Positions 30,751-41,211 are shown, counted from the first letter of the stretch. The stretch: 64,000 bases of DNA from Candidatus Bathyarchaeum tardum (GCA_024650005.2 CP122380.1:1664001-1728000), one strand, 5' to 3'. Numbers and translations are program-made. Notes: generated by a model from the sequence alone, not told the origin.

Positions 30751-31650
30751 ATGTGTGAAAATTTGTTTTCAGAAAAAATTAAGGAAATCAAATCTGACAG
30801 GTCCAGTGGAGCCAGTCAAATTTCCCGAAACGCCTTGGTTATTCTTAAGTTATTTGCTCAAACGAGTAAAACCAGTAACAACAAAATTTTTGTCAAACAG
30901 TTCACTGAAATTGGGCAGCAACTTTTGGAGGCCAGAACAAATATGTCGCCGGTCCAAAATTTGGTTGCCCAAATTGTTTATGCCGTTAATTCTTTGAAAG
31001 ATTATGAGATAGGTTTTGTACGAAACTTTGCAATATCCAAAATCGATGAATTATGCAGACAATCTGAATCTGCAGTTAAAGAATCAGCTATATATGCTGC
31101 TGATTTACTTGCTGACTTTGATTGTGTTTCAACTTGTAGTTATAGTTCGACAATCTGTGAAACGATTAAATTAGCAAAAAATCAGGGAAAAATTTTCAAA
31201 GTTTTTGTTGCAGAGTCAAGAAGCCCTGACGACCAATTTCGCTATGGCAAGGATTTAGCAACTTTTCTTGAATCAATAAATGTTCCTGTGCAAGTTTTTC
31301 CTGATAACAAACTATCAGATTATGTTCCAAACTCAAATTGTGTCATGGTTGGTGCTGATAGCATTCTTAGCGATGGCTCGATTATTAATGGGACACCAAC
31401 TTGTGAAATGGCAGTTAACGCAAAGGAATCTGGAGTGCCGTTTTATTCTATTTGTGAAACCGCAAAGGTAAACACATTAAGTTATCTTGGCAACAAAGTT
31501 GAAGTTAAACAAGGATTTGAAATTGTTCCTTTTAGCTTGTTGACTGGTTTAATTACTGAAAACGGAATCTTGAGCACTAAAAACATAATTGAGTTAATGA
31601 AAGAAAAAGCACGATATTTTGAAGTGTTTTCCTTTCAGGATCGATTGTGA
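30751..31650 (+). CDS. eIF-2B alpha/beta/delta-like (ribose-bisphosphate isomerase superfamily) protein
   Basis: D..SGA, R..M, SYSST, AESR, VGAD, ITENG. Confidence 0.85.
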   Translation: MCENLFSEKIKEIKSDRSSGASQISRNALVILKLFAQTSKTSNNKIFVKQFTEIGQQLLEARTNMSPVQNLVAQIVYAVNSLKDYEIGFVRNFAISKIDELCRQSESAVKESAIYAADLLADFDCVSTCSYSSTICETIKLAKNQGKIFKVFVAESRSPDDQFRYGKDLATFLESINVPVQVFPDNKLSDYVPNSNCVMVGADSILSDGSIINGTPTCEMAVNAKESGVPFYSICETAKVNTLSYLGNKVEVKQGFEIVPFSLLTGLITENGILSTKNIIELMKEKARYFEVFSFQDRL

Positions 31651-31684
31651 ACAAAAGAAGGTTTTATTTCCTTCCAGTGTTGAG

Positions 31685-32437
31685 TTACTTTTTTTGCAGA
31701 ATATAAAAAACATAACCATAGTAATCTGAATATTTTCGGAACATCTCAATTTCTGTCTCTTCGCAATTTATGTGTTCCATGACTTCTTTGTTGTCTTTGT
31801 ATTTTGTTTTCAAAGCAGGAAGCTTTGCTTCTATCCAATTATAATAATTATCCCACCAACTCTTTTGGGGCAAAACAAACGAGTTAACTATGTCGTATCC
31901 AATTCGTTTGGCAACCTCTAGGTTGTCTTCTACCGTTTTAATTGCAGGATACAACATATCCATAAATTCTACAATTTCTTCGGGCAAATCAGGTTGGAAC
32001 CAGGACATCTCTGAAACAACAACATATCCCTTTGGAGACAACAAATGCTTCCATTCTCGTAATCCTTTTTCAAATCCAATTATGTAAATTGCGCCTTCTG
32101 ACCAAACTAGGTCAAAACTTTCGTTTTCAAAGTTAAGATTTAACATGTCCCCGTTTATTGTATCAATCTTATCGTCTAGTCCCTCTTTTTTTGCGTTTGC
32201 TTTGAGTTGTTCCAAAAACGGTTGATAGAAATCTAATGCAACAATTTTTCCCTCACTCAATTTGGCTAATTGAATTGTTTGCATTCCCGGACCACATGCA
32301 ATGTCGATTATATGTGGGTTTTTTGGCAAGTCTTGGAGCATTTGGAATGCTTTTTTTGTTGATTCGTTGTCTCCGGGTCCTTCTCGAGGGAGATTGCTGT
32401 GGATTTCCCAGAAAACTTGTGGCAATTCTCCTGTCAT
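31685..32437 (-). CDS. Class I SAM-dependent methyltransferase
   Basis: LPREGPG, DIACGPG, FDLVWSEGAIY. Confidence 0.92.
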   Translation of the reverse strand: MTGELPQVFWEIHSNLPREGPGDNESTKKAFQMLQDLPKNPHIIDIACGPGMQTIQLAKLSEGKIVALDFYQPFLEQLKANAKKEGLDDKIDTINGDMLNLNFENESFDLVWSEGAIYIIGFEKGLREWKHLLSPKGYVVVSEMSWFQPDLPEEIVEFMDMLYPAIKTVEDNLEVAKRIGYDIVNSFVLPQKSWWDNYYNWIEAKLPALKTKYKDNKEVMEHINCEETEIEMFRKYSDYYGYVFYILQKK

Positions 32438-32640
32438 TTTGATAACCTCGATGGTTAAGATAATGTTGAAGCTGAAGCAATTTAGTTTTTTTGTTCTTTT
32501 TTAGCATTAATGAAACGGGTGTGGATGTAAAAAAATTTTCAGACATAGAAAAACTTTTATATTTTCGGCTAAGTTCTTGAAAAGTAACGAGGAATGCATC
32601 GTGAGGGATCATTGGGTTCTCGAGGGACAAAAAATGGGGG

Positions 32641-34164
32641 ATCGCTTTATCCACTAAATTCCCCAAGTCGATAAGAGTTTTTGATACAACCCTCAGAGAC
32701 GGCGAACAAACCCCTGGAGTTTCCTTAACTCCTGAAAAAAAACTTCGAATTGCTGAAAGCTTAGATAAACTAGGTGTAGATGCAATGGAAGCAGGTTTCG
32801 CCGCAGTATCTGAAGGAGAAACAGAATCAATAAAACTCATTGCCGACGCTGGACTTCACGCAGACGTCTATAGCATGGCTAGGGGCGTAACAAAGGACAT
32901 CGACGCCGTCCTAAAAACTGGCGCAGTTGGAGTGCATTTGGTCATTCCTTCCTCTGATTTACATATTCAATGCAAGTTGAAAAAGAGCCGAGAAGATGTC
33001 CTGAAACTCACTGAAGAAACTACACAGTATGCTAAAGACCATGGTTTGGCTGTTGAACTTTCGGCAGAAGATGCAACAAGAACTGATTTTCCGTTTCTAA
33101 TTAAAATGTTTAAGGCAGGAGTAAATGCAGGTGCAGACCGTTTATGTCCCTGTGACACAGTTGGGGTTCTGATACCTGAAATAACCACTAAAATGTTTTC
33201 TGAACTGAAGAAAAAGTTTCCAACAGTTCCTTTAAGTGTCCATTGCCATAACGATTTTGGGTTAGCCGTAGCAAATTCGATACTTGCTCTACAGTGTGGG
33301 GCAGAACAAGCCCACGTAACAATGAATGGTATGGGTGAGCGGGCAGGTAATGCTTCTTTGGAAGAGCTGGTGGTGGTTCTAAAAACCTGTTATGAACGAG
33401 ATTTAGCAATTAAACCTGAACTGATCTATGAGACTTCTCTTCTGGTTTCACGAATAACCGATTTTCCTTTGCAACCTAACAAAGCAATCGTGGGTGAGAA
33501 TGCCTTTGTTCACGAGTCAGGAATGCACACTCATGGAATATTAGCCAATCCGTTAACTTACGAGCCTTTCAACCCTGCGTTGATTGGGCGCACAAGAAGA
33601 ATCGCGTTAGGTAAACATTCGGGTTCCGCTGGAATCCGAGCGTCCCTGACTGAAATGGGTCTTAAACCTACAGATGAAGAACTTAAAGAAATCTTTGAAC
33701 GGGTAAAAAATCTGGGTGACAAAGGGAAACGTATTGCTGATGCTGATTTGCAGGCAATCGCTGAAATTGTTATGGGCTTGCCTAAGGTTCGTCCAATAAA
33801 ACTTGAAGAAATTACAGTTCTCACAGGTAACCGGGTTACTTCAACTGCTTCTGTTAGGTTAAACCTGAATGGCAATATGCTTACTGAAGCTGCCATTGGT
33901 GTAGGTCCAGTAGATGCTGCCATTACTGCAATAAAGAAGGCAGTTGGTATTGTTGAACCGATACAGTTGGATAACTATTCTGTAAAAGCTATCACTGGCG
34001 GAACCAACGCCATGACTGAAGTATCGGTTAGCCTCAGTAAGGGCGACCGAAAATCCACTGCAGTAGGAGTTAACGAGGATATAGTAATAGCCAGTGTTGA
34101 GGCAATGCTAAGTGGCATGAATGTTTTGATGACTGATTATAGCAAAAATGGTAAGGAGTCTTGA
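32641..34164 (+). CDS. cimA: (R)-citramalate synthase (archaeal CimA type, LeuA family); true start unresolved
   Basis: DTTLRDGEQTPG lies upstream of the ORF-track start; VHLVIPSS, ELSAEDATR, HCHNDFG, GERAGN; C-terminal allosteric domain. Confidence 0.85.
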   Translation: MALSTKFPKSIRVFDTTLRDGEQTPGVSLTPEKKLRIAESLDKLGVDAMEAGFAAVSEGETESIKLIADAGLHADVYSMARGVTKDIDAVLKTGAVGVHLVIPSSDLHIQCKLKKSREDVLKLTEETTQYAKDHGLAVELSAEDATRTDFPFLIKMFKAGVNAGADRLCPCDTVGVLIPEITTKMFSELKKKFPTVPLSVHCHNDFGLAVANSILALQCGAEQAHVTMNGMGERAGNASLEELVVVLKTCYERDLAIKPELIYETSLLVSRITDFPLQPNKAIVGENAFVHESGMHTHGILANPLTYEPFNPALIGRTRRIALGKHSGSAGIRASLTEMGLKPTDEELKEIFERVKNLGDKGKRIADADLQAIAEIVMGLPKVRPIKLEEITVLTGNRVTSTASVRLNLNGNMLTEAAIGVGPVDAAITAIKKAVGIVEPIQLDNYSVKAITGGTNAMTEVSVSLSKGDRKSTAVGVNEDIVIASVEAMLSGMNVLMTDYSKNGKES

Positions 34165-34166
34165 AA

Positions 34167-35870
34167 ATGGCAAAAATGACTGGAGCACAAGCTCTCTTAG
34201 AATCGTTGAAACGAGAAAAAGTAGAAGTAATGTTTGGCATATCTGGAGGAGCTCTTCTGCCAATTCATGATGTCTTATGTGACTCAGAAATTCGTCACAT
34301 CCTTGCTCGTCATGAACAAGGGGCAGCACACATGGCAGACGGTTACGCTCGAGCAAGCGGCACAGCAGGAGTCTGCATGGCTACTTCAGGTCCTGGAGCA
34401 ACAAATATTGTCACTGGACTTGCTAATGCCTACTTGGATTCTTCACCTGTTATTGCACTTACAGGACAGGTGCCCACTTACTCTGCCAACACTTCATATA
34501 TGATTGGACGGGATGCCTTCCAAGAAGCAGACATTATTGGAATAACTACTCCAATTACCAAGTATAACGTTCAAGTGAAACATGCTTCCGAGATTCCTAA
34601 CGCGGTGAAAAGTGCATTCTACATTGCTACAACAGGAAGACCTGGACCCGCATTGGTTGACCTGCCTAAAGACACTCAAACAGTAAAAGCTGAAATGGAT
34701 TTTTCAGACAACGTACAGATTCGAGGCTACAAACCCAACACTGATCCTCATCCACTTCAAATTAAAAAAGCAGTTAACCTGCTTCTCAATGCAGAACGTC
34801 CAATGGTACTTGCAGGTGGAGGAGTAAACCTTTCTGGGGCATCACCAGAACTATTGCAGATTGCAGAATTATTGATGATGCCTGTTGCGACAACCTTCAT
34901 GGGAAAGAGTTGTTTCCCTGAGAATCATCCTTTGTCTATGGGAAACATAGGCATGCATGGAACCATGCTGGCAAACAAAATGATTTTAGAAGCTGATGTT
35001 TTGTTGGCTGTTGGAACAAGATTCCAAGACCGAAGCACCGGAACACTGAATGGTTTTTGTCCAGACGCAAAGATAATTCACATTGATGTTGATGCTGCTG
35101 AAATTGGAAAAAACGTTGACGTTGAAGTACCCATTGTTGGTGATGCAAAACCAACACTTACCATGATTAATCAACGGTTAGTCAAAAAAGTCAAAAAACA
35201 AAAAAACGGTCCATGGGTGAAACAGGTCCAAGCAGCAAAAGAAAAATATCTAAGTGAGCTAGACCTTGGCAGCGGTGATTTAACCTCACCTAAACTACTA
35301 AAAGAGCTTCGTAGACTTCTTCCCGAACAAGCTATCATCGCTACTGAAGTAGGTCAAAATCAGATGTGGGCTGCTCTTCATTTCCAGACAATTAAACCTA
35401 GAACATTCATTAGTTCTGGTGGATTGGGAACCATGGGTTTTGGTTTTCCTGCTGCTATTGGCGCCAAAGTAGCATGTCCCGAGTGTCCAGTTGTAGACAT
35501 TGCTGGCGATGGAAGCTTCCGAATGACTGAACAAGAACTTGGAACTTCAGTTACAGAAGACATACCGGTAATAGTAATAGTGCTTAACAACTCAATGCTG
35601 GGCATGGTAGCTCAATGGCAACGTTTGTTCTATCAGAAGCGTTATGCTGCAGTAAAATTGGGCAATGTCCCAGATTTTGCAAAACTTGCTCAAGCTTATG
35701 GCGCTGAAGGTGTTCATATTGAGTCATTAACGGAGTTTTCTGCTGTGATAAAAAACGCTTTAAAGACTGAAGTGACCACTGTCATTGATGTTCCTATTTC
35801 CCCGGATGATGATGTGTTTCCGATGGTTCCGCCAGGTAAAGGATTGAAAGATACGGTTGGGGGGTTGTAA
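34167..35870 (+). CDS. ilvB: Acetolactate synthase large subunit
   Basis: RHEQGAAHMADGYAR, TSGPGATN, DAFQE, GQNQMW, GDGSF. Confidence 0.97.
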   Translation: MAKMTGAQALLESLKREKVEVMFGISGGALLPIHDVLCDSEIRHILARHEQGAAHMADGYARASGTAGVCMATSGPGATNIVTGLANAYLDSSPVIALTGQVPTYSANTSYMIGRDAFQEADIIGITTPITKYNVQVKHASEIPNAVKSAFYIATTGRPGPALVDLPKDTQTVKAEMDFSDNVQIRGYKPNTDPHPLQIKKAVNLLLNAERPMVLAGGGVNLSGASPELLQIAELLMMPVATTFMGKSCFPENHPLSMGNIGMHGTMLANKMILEADVLLAVGTRFQDRSTGTLNGFCPDAKIIHIDVDAAEIGKNVDVEVPIVGDAKPTLTMINQRLVKKVKKQKNGPWVKQVQAAKEKYLSELDLGSGDLTSPKLLKELRRLLPEQAIIATEVGQNQMWAALHFQTIKPRTFISSGGLGTMGFGFPAAIGAKVACPECPVVDIAGDGSFRMTEQELGTSVTEDIPVIVIVLNNSMLGMVAQWQRLFYQKRYAAVKLGNVPDFAKLAQAYGAEGVHIESLTEFSAVIKNALKTEVTTVIDVPISPDDDVFPMVPPGKGLKDTVGGL

Positions 35871-35871
35871 A

Positions 35872-36384
35872 ATGGATCAAAAATATGTTCATATAATTTC
35901 TACTATCGTTGAGCATAAGCCAGGGGTTCTTTATACGGTTTCAAACCTGTTTAGGCGCCGAGGATTTAACATTGATAGCATTTCAGTTGGACCTACCGAA
36001 GAATCTGGAATAGCTAGAATGACCATAATGGTAACTGGTGATAACCGAACTATAGAGCAAGTAATCAAGCAGCTAAACAAGCTCATAGATGTGCTTAAAG
36101 TTACACGGTTAGACCCTGAAAACATTGTAACTCGAGAATTAGCGTTAATCAAAGTAACTGCGACAAGCACCAAAGCTCGGTCAGACATAATCAATTATGC
36201 AGACATTTTCAGGGCACGCGTAGTTGACGTATGTACTGAATCATTGATGATGGAAATCACCGGAACATCAGATAAGATAGATGCCTTCATCACTCTGATG
36301 AAGCCCTTTGGCGTAAAAGAAGTGGCTAGAACTGGGATAACATCCCTTTCAAGAGGTCCAAAATCAGTCAAAATTGATGAATAA
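35872..36384 (+). CDS. ilvN: Acetolactate synthase small subunit
   Basis: KPGVL..V..LFRRRGFNIDS ACT domain, RELALIKV, ARTG. Confidence 0.96.
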   Translation: MDQKYVHIISTIVEHKPGVLYTVSNLFRRRGFNIDSISVGPTEESGIARMTIMVTGDNRTIEQVIKQLNKLIDVLKVTRLDPENIVTRELALIKVTATSTKARSDIINYADIFRARVVDVCTESLMMEITGTSDKIDAFITLMKPFGVKEVARTGITSLSRGPKSVKIDE

Positions 36385-36492
36385 TCAGTTTAGATTTTTT
36401 TTCTTTTCTATTTTTGTTTGCAATATTCTTGTTTTGGCAATATTTTCAGGTCCAGAGGACGCTATTTATAGAAAAATTGGGAACAGGTTCTA

Positions 36493-36747
36493 GTGTGGAA
36501 TGTGACTAGAATGAGAAGTTCCTTTGATATAATAGCTGAAATTTTGAATGTAGCTAAAAATGGCGCAAAAAAGACCCGAATAATGTATTCCTGTGGTCTT
36601 AGTTACCTGTTTGTTCAAAAATATTTGGATTTGCTATTGCAAACAGGGCTCTTAAGTTTAGGGACTTCTTATCAAACAACTGAAAAAGGCATGGGATTTC
36701 TTCACAAATACCAAAAAATGGATTTGCTGTTAAACACTAGATGTTAA
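36493..36747 (+). CDS. Archaeal winged-helix transcription regulator
   Basis: RSSFDIIAEIL...GAKKTRIMY...LSY...KYL..L...GLL...Y.TTEKG. Confidence 0.88.
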   Translation: MWNVTRMRSSFDIIAEILNVAKNGAKKTRIMYSCGLSYLFVQKYLDLLLQTGLLSLGTSYQTTEKGMGFLHKYQKMDLLLNTRC

Positions 36748-36786
36748 GGTTGAAACTGGAAAAGGTTTTATGTGTTCCTTACAATG

Positions 36787-36969
36787 GTTTCAACTATGGT
36801 ATCTCGAATATTTACTGAAGAAGAGCGACAACTCTTAGAAGCTCATCTTATCAACTCCAAAGTAGATAAAGAAAAAATTGATAATGTTCTTGAACAAATC
36901 AAGAACGAAAAAGGGTTATTTGATGATGTCTTTCTTTATCTTCAAGTAAAGAAAACATTATCATCCTAA
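36787..36969 (+). CDS. Small hypothetical protein
   Basis: MVSRIFTEEERQLLEAHL...; start uncertain (36772-36796). Confidence 0.55.
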   Translation, partial: VSTMVSRIFTEEERQLLEAHLINSKVDKEKIDNVLEQIKNEKGLFDDVFLYLQVKKTLSS

Positions 36970-37061
36970 AAATTGGCTTTAAGAGCTAATTAACAAAAAT
37001 TTCGTTCCTGCAACAGGACTCATTTTTGTTATCCTTTGCTTTTCAAGAAAAAAGTCTGTTT

Positions 37062-37235
37062 TTAGCGTCTGGGGTATCTGCTTCGCATCCAGAAGTATTG
37101 CATTCCTAGGCCTACTCCCAGAAGGATTGATGCTGTTCTAATTTGTCCGGTGGCAATTAAATACACCATGCCTGCTAAGCAAATTATCAGTGGAGAGTAC
37201 TTCTTGAATAATCCTTGCAGTTGGTCGCTGTCCAA
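37062..37235 (-). CDS. Small two-TM membrane protein, 57 aa (absent from ORF track)
   Basis: GAGGA SD, TTG; MDSDQLQGLFKKYSPLIICLAGMVYLIATGQIRTASILLGVGLGMQYFWMRSRYPRR. Confidence 0.7.
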   Translation of the reverse strand: MDSDQLQGLFKKYSPLIICLAGMVYLIATGQIRTASILLGVGLGMQYFWMRSRYPRR

Positions 37236-37341
37236 TGTGTTTTCCTCTTTGTTTAGACGGGGTTGGTGTTATTGGTATTTTACTGTTCCTCTTGTTTTTG
37301 AAAACTGAAACCTATTTAAGCTATGACATACGTCATATTTA

Positions 37342-38022
37342 GTGGGGGAATTAAATTCGCCAGACAAAAAACTTGTTGTTACTTACGTTTCTATTTTTTT
37401 AATTATTGCAGTTGTGCTTATTGGAATAATGGTCTCGGTGATTTCTAATCCTTTACAGCCAAACGTAGATTATGTGGAAGTCCGAGAATATGAAGGGCAA
37501 GATCTTTCATCAATCAATTCTTTTCGAGAAAACTCCATTAAAGGCCCTCAGCATGTGAACAACCAAACTTACCTGTTAGCCCTAAGGGGGTTAGTTGATA
37601 ATCCAAAAAATTTCACGTATGATGAAGTTGTTAATGGTTATCCAATTCATAAGAAAGTTGTTACCCTGCATTGTGTGGAAGGCTGGAAAGTAACAATTCT
37701 TTGGGAAGGAATCCAGCTTAAAGATTTGTTTGCAGATGCCCAAGTTGATTCATCAGCCAACACTGTGATATTTTATGCATATGACGGGTATTCAACAGCT
37801 TTGCCCCTGGATTACATTATCGATAACGACATAATGATTGCTTACAAAATGAATAATGTTACTCTTCCATCCGAACGGGGTTATCCTTTTCAGTTAGTGG
37901 CAGAAAGCAAACTAGGTTACAAATGGATAAAATGGATAACCGCCATTGAACTATCTGCTGACAAAGATTACCTGGGCTTCTGGGAAAGTTACGGATATCC
38001 TAACGAAGCAAACCTGCGATAA
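37342..38022 (+). CDS. Sulfite-oxidase-family molybdopterin oxidoreductase with N-terminal membrane anchor
   Basis: LHCVEGW Mo-ligand Cys, DGYST.LP, GYP..LV....GYKW.KW, GFWE..GY. Confidence 0.9.
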   Translation: MGELNSPDKKLVVTYVSIFLIIAVVLIGIMVSVISNPLQPNVDYVEVREYEGQDLSSINSFRENSIKGPQHVNNQTYLLALRGLVDNPKNFTYDEVVNGYPIHKKVVTLHCVEGWKVTILWEGIQLKDLFADAQVDSSANTVIFYAYDGYSTALPLDYIIDNDIMIAYKMNNVTLPSERGYPFQLVAESKLGYKWIKWITAIELSADKDYLGFWESYGYPNEANLR

Positions 38023-38409
38023 ACTATTTTTCAAGTTGCTCAAATTATAGAATTATCAATTTATGACGTATTGGACATTTTTTACCGAATAAATAACTGT
38101 TAAATTAAATGGTGTCGAAGCAACAAAAAAGGTCAACCTACAATTTTCTGATTAGACCATAAATTGGTTTAACACGTCCTTTGAAGACCCTTCAACCCAG
38201 GATATTTAAAAAAATAATATTTTTGAAAATAAGTCCGTATATAATCAAGATAATTAATATTCATAGCAAGTTGACAACCCAAATCTAAACTAAACAATTT
38301 TTAAAATTAAACTCAAGTTTGAAGAGTTGAACCATTGGAGTTTTCTTTGCAAGTTTAAGGTCATCAAAAACTGTCTATTGACTGATTAGGATTTTCTAAA
38401 ACAATTCAT

Positions 38410-38973
38410 TTATTGTTGCCAGTATTCGGGTTTGTTTAGTTCGTCGCAAAATGTTATTTTACCTGAGTTGGAGTTGATTTTTCCGTTTTGTAGTTCTTTG
38501 ACCATCCATGCGGATTGGTCTTTTTCCTGGAGTGGATAGGGGGTTTGAAATCCTTGTTTTCCTGCAGGGGTAAATCCGTGTTTAGTGTAATAGTTAGGGT
38601 GCCCTAGTACAAAGACTAAATCGTTGCCAGTTTTTGATATTTGTTGCAGTCCTTTTTTTATTAGTTCGGTGCCGATTCTTTGTCTTTGGTAATCCGTCAA
38701 TACTGCCAGAGCTGACAAAAACGAAATCTGCAAATTGTTGGGGTTTGGAGTAAGGTGGGCCTTAGTAAATAGTAAATGTCCTACTGGTTTGTCGTCAACA
38801 AACGCTAATAGGGATAGCAAGGGCTTTGCCGTGGGGTCTACTAAAAGGGCGTTTACGTATGCTTCTTCTTTGACCAAAACATCTGAGTTAGTTGCCTTGA
38901 AGGCTTCACGAACGATATATAATACGTCAGGCAGGTCTGCGTTGTTAGCATCTCGGATAATCAATTTTGGCAC
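38410..38973 (-). CDS. GNAT N-acetyltransferase (YhbS-like)
   Basis: VGH.LF, LAV...YQRQRIG..LI, VLGHPNYY...GF. Confidence 0.9.
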   Translation of the reverse strand: MPKLIIRDANNADLPDVLYIVREAFKATNSDVLVKEEAYVNALLVDPTAKPLLSLLAFVDDKPVGHLLFTKAHLTPNPNNLQISFLSALAVLTDYQRQRIGTELIKKGLQQISKTGNDLVFVLGHPNYYTKHGFTPAGKQGFQTPYPLQEKDQSAWMVKELQNGKINSNSGKITFCDELNKPEYWQQ

Positions 38974-39012
38974 CTTTGTTGTTCTTTGTCCAGTGTAAGC
39001 TTTTTGTTGGGT

Positions 39013-40077
39013 TTATCGTTTTGGGTTGTAGCTACACCATGGGTCTTCTGCAAATAGGCTTTGTTTTAGGGTATTAAACTTGTTTGATTGCTGCTTTACT
39101 GTTAAGGTATTGTCGTATAAGCCTGCTGCTCGGGCTCTGCATCCCCCGCATATAATGCGGTATTCACATTTTCCGCATTTGCCATTAAGATGATGTTCAT
39201 AATTTCTGAGGGCTTTTAATATTTCAGAGCCATACCAAATGTAATTGAAGGCAGCATCTTTGACGTTGCCAACACTAACGGGCAGATATGGACAGGGAGT
39301 TACTGACCCGTCAGGAGTGATTCTGCAATAGCTGATTCCAGCAATGCATCCGCGGCTGTAACGTAGATTTTTGATGTTCATCTGTTTGGCGATTCGCATA
39401 AACTGAGGAGCACAAGTAGGCTTAACATTCAACTGATGCACAGAATTCCATTGAAAAACATAATTTAGTACCCCCTCGTAAATTTCAGGGGTCACATCTT
39501 TGATGTTTTTGCCACGACCCGTGGAAACTAAAAAGAAAAGATGAGCGTTTTTTACACCGTAACTTTCAGCCATAGAAAAAATGTTTTCCAAGTTTTCAAA
39601 ATTTTGCTGAGCAACAGTTATGTTAAACTGCACATTCAAACCGTTACGCAAACACGCTTTGATTCCTTCCATTGTTTTTTGCCAGGCGCCTTTGACGCCT
39701 CGGAATTGGTCATGAAACTTGGGAGAATCCGAGTCAACACTTACAGCAACAGTTCTAACGCCAGAATGAACTAGCTGTTTAGCAACATCATCAGTGATTA
39801 AAGTGCCATTAGTACCCATGGTTACTATTAGACCCTTTTTTGTCCCATAATTTGCCAACTCAAAAATGTCATCCCGAAGCAAAGGTTCTCCTCCACTCAG
39901 AACAAGAATTGGTTTACTCAATTCACTAATTTGATCAATGAGCACTTTTCCTTGTTCTGTATTCAATTCGTTGAAACTGTTTTCTTTGTTAGCATCTACA
40001 TAGCAGTGACTACACTTGAGATTGCATCGAAAAGTTGTATTCCAAGAAATAATACGAGGTACACAACTAAACATCAT
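39013..40077 (-). CDS. Radical SAM/SPASM protein, AhbD/NirJ-like
   Basis: CNLKCSHC, SGGEPL, PTCAPQFMR, GCIAG...PCPYLP, C..C.....C..CRARA. Confidence 0.88.
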   Translation of the reverse strand: MMFSCVPRIISWNTTFRCNLKCSHCYVDANKENSFNELNTEQGKVLIDQISELSKPILVLSGGEPLLRDDIFELANYGTKKGLIVTMGTNGTLITDDVAKQLVHSGVRTVAVSVDSDSPKFHDQFRGVKGAWQKTMEGIKACLRNGLNVQFNITVAQQNFENLENIFSMAESYGVKNAHLFFLVSTGRGKNIKDVTPEIYEGVLNYVFQWNSVHQLNVKPTCAPQFMRIAKQMNIKNLRYSRGCIAGISYCRITPDGSVTPCPYLPVSVGNVKDAAFNYIWYGSEILKALRNYEHHLNGKCGKCEYRIICGGCRARAAGLYDNTLTVKQQSNKFNTLKQSLFAEDPWCSYNPKR

Positions 40078-40086
40078 GTTTTTCTC

Positions 40087-41211
40087 CTAGTTTGATGACC
40101 TCTTTGTTGGAGTACGGTATAAACAAGTGAAATCTTCTTCAAAGATGTCCCCAGTGCTCATTTTAGCTTTAGCTCGGCAACCGCCACATAACAGTTTGTA
40201 GTCACAAGAACCACAGATTCCCTTCAACTGGGTTTTCTTGGCAATGGACTGTATTTCTGGACCAAGGGCAATTTTGCGTATGTCGTCTTTGAGTATATTC
40301 CCAACCGAAAAATTTTGCATAAAAATACAAGGCAAAATATCCCCTCGGGCAGAAATTCCTAACGAACCTTCACCAATTGGACATGCACTCAAGGAACTTA
40401 ACCTATCAAATGCATGAGTAACATCCCAACCTTTTTTCTTAAAGTGCTCAATAGCAAGAGGGGCAATGGAAGGACAAGCCCCCATATCGACTTCTGCGCC
40501 TTGTTCAAGCTCAACTTTGTTAAACAAGAAATCAGTCAGTTCTAACCATTGGTCACGAGAAATTCTCCAGTCACGGCCATCATGGGCTCGGCCAGTTTCC
40601 ACAAGGTCGCAAAGATAAAAGGATTTTACTCCAAGTTCTGAGCCTTTTTGAAAAATGTATGGAATATGCTCGTATGTGTACTTGTTTACCACTGTTTTGA
40701 AACAGAAATTGATTCCTTCGTCAATGCAGGATTTGGCGTTTTCCATAAGTTTGTTGAAACTTCCAGGCAGTCCAACTATGTCATCATGAACAGAAGGGGG
40801 ACCATAAACTGAAACTGCAATATAATGCACGTTATGTTTTCTGAGTTTTTTTGCTGCTTGCTTGTTTATTAACAAGCCGTTACTGCTCAAAACGGTCATG
40901 ATGTCGTAATCTTTGCACAGTTGTATCAAATCAAAAATGTCATCCCGCAGTAAGGGTTCCCCGCCAGTCATAAACAATAAAGGGATACCCATGTCACCAA
41001 TGTTTGAAATCAAGTCAGTTGCTTGTTTTGTATTGAGCTCTTCGTGTTTGTTGCTTGGTTCACCAATATAGCAGTGCTTGCATTTTAAGTCACATTGGTA
41101 GGTTACATTCCACAATATGGAACTTATGCCGTAACTGTTGAAAGCTTGTCTGCAACGCTTTTCTACATCAGACATTTTTTTCTCTTTAAACAATGAACGT
41201 AAATGAACCAT
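40087..41211 (-). CDS. Radical SAM/SPASM protein, NirJ-family-like
   Basis: CDLKCKHC, TGGEPL, CPIG...GDILPC, CGSC.....CGGCRA. Confidence 0.88.
   Translation of the reverse strand: MVHLRSLFKEKKMSDVEKRCRQAFNSYGISSILWNVTYQCDLKCKHCYIGEPSNKHEELNTKQATDLISNIGDMGIPLLFMTGGEPLLRDDIFDLIQLCKDYDIMTVLSSNGLLINKQAAKKLRKHNVHYIAVSVYGPPSVHDDIVGLPGSFNKLMENAKSCIDEGINFCFKTVVNKYTYEHIPYIFQKGSELGVKSFYLCDLVETGRAHDGRDWRISRDQWLELTDFLFNKVELEQGAEVDMGACPSIAPLAIEHFKKKGWDVTHAFDRLSSLSACPIGEGSLGISARGDILPCIFMQNFSVGNILKDDIRKIALGPEIQSIAKKTQLKGICGSCDYKLLCGGCRAKAKMSTGDIFEEDFTCLYRTPTKRSSN

Noticed and set aside
39013-41211. Assigning ahbC/ahbD, or a RiPP cluster
   Set aside because: The middle enzyme does not clearly match AhbC, and no precursor peptide, RRE domain or exporter is visible.
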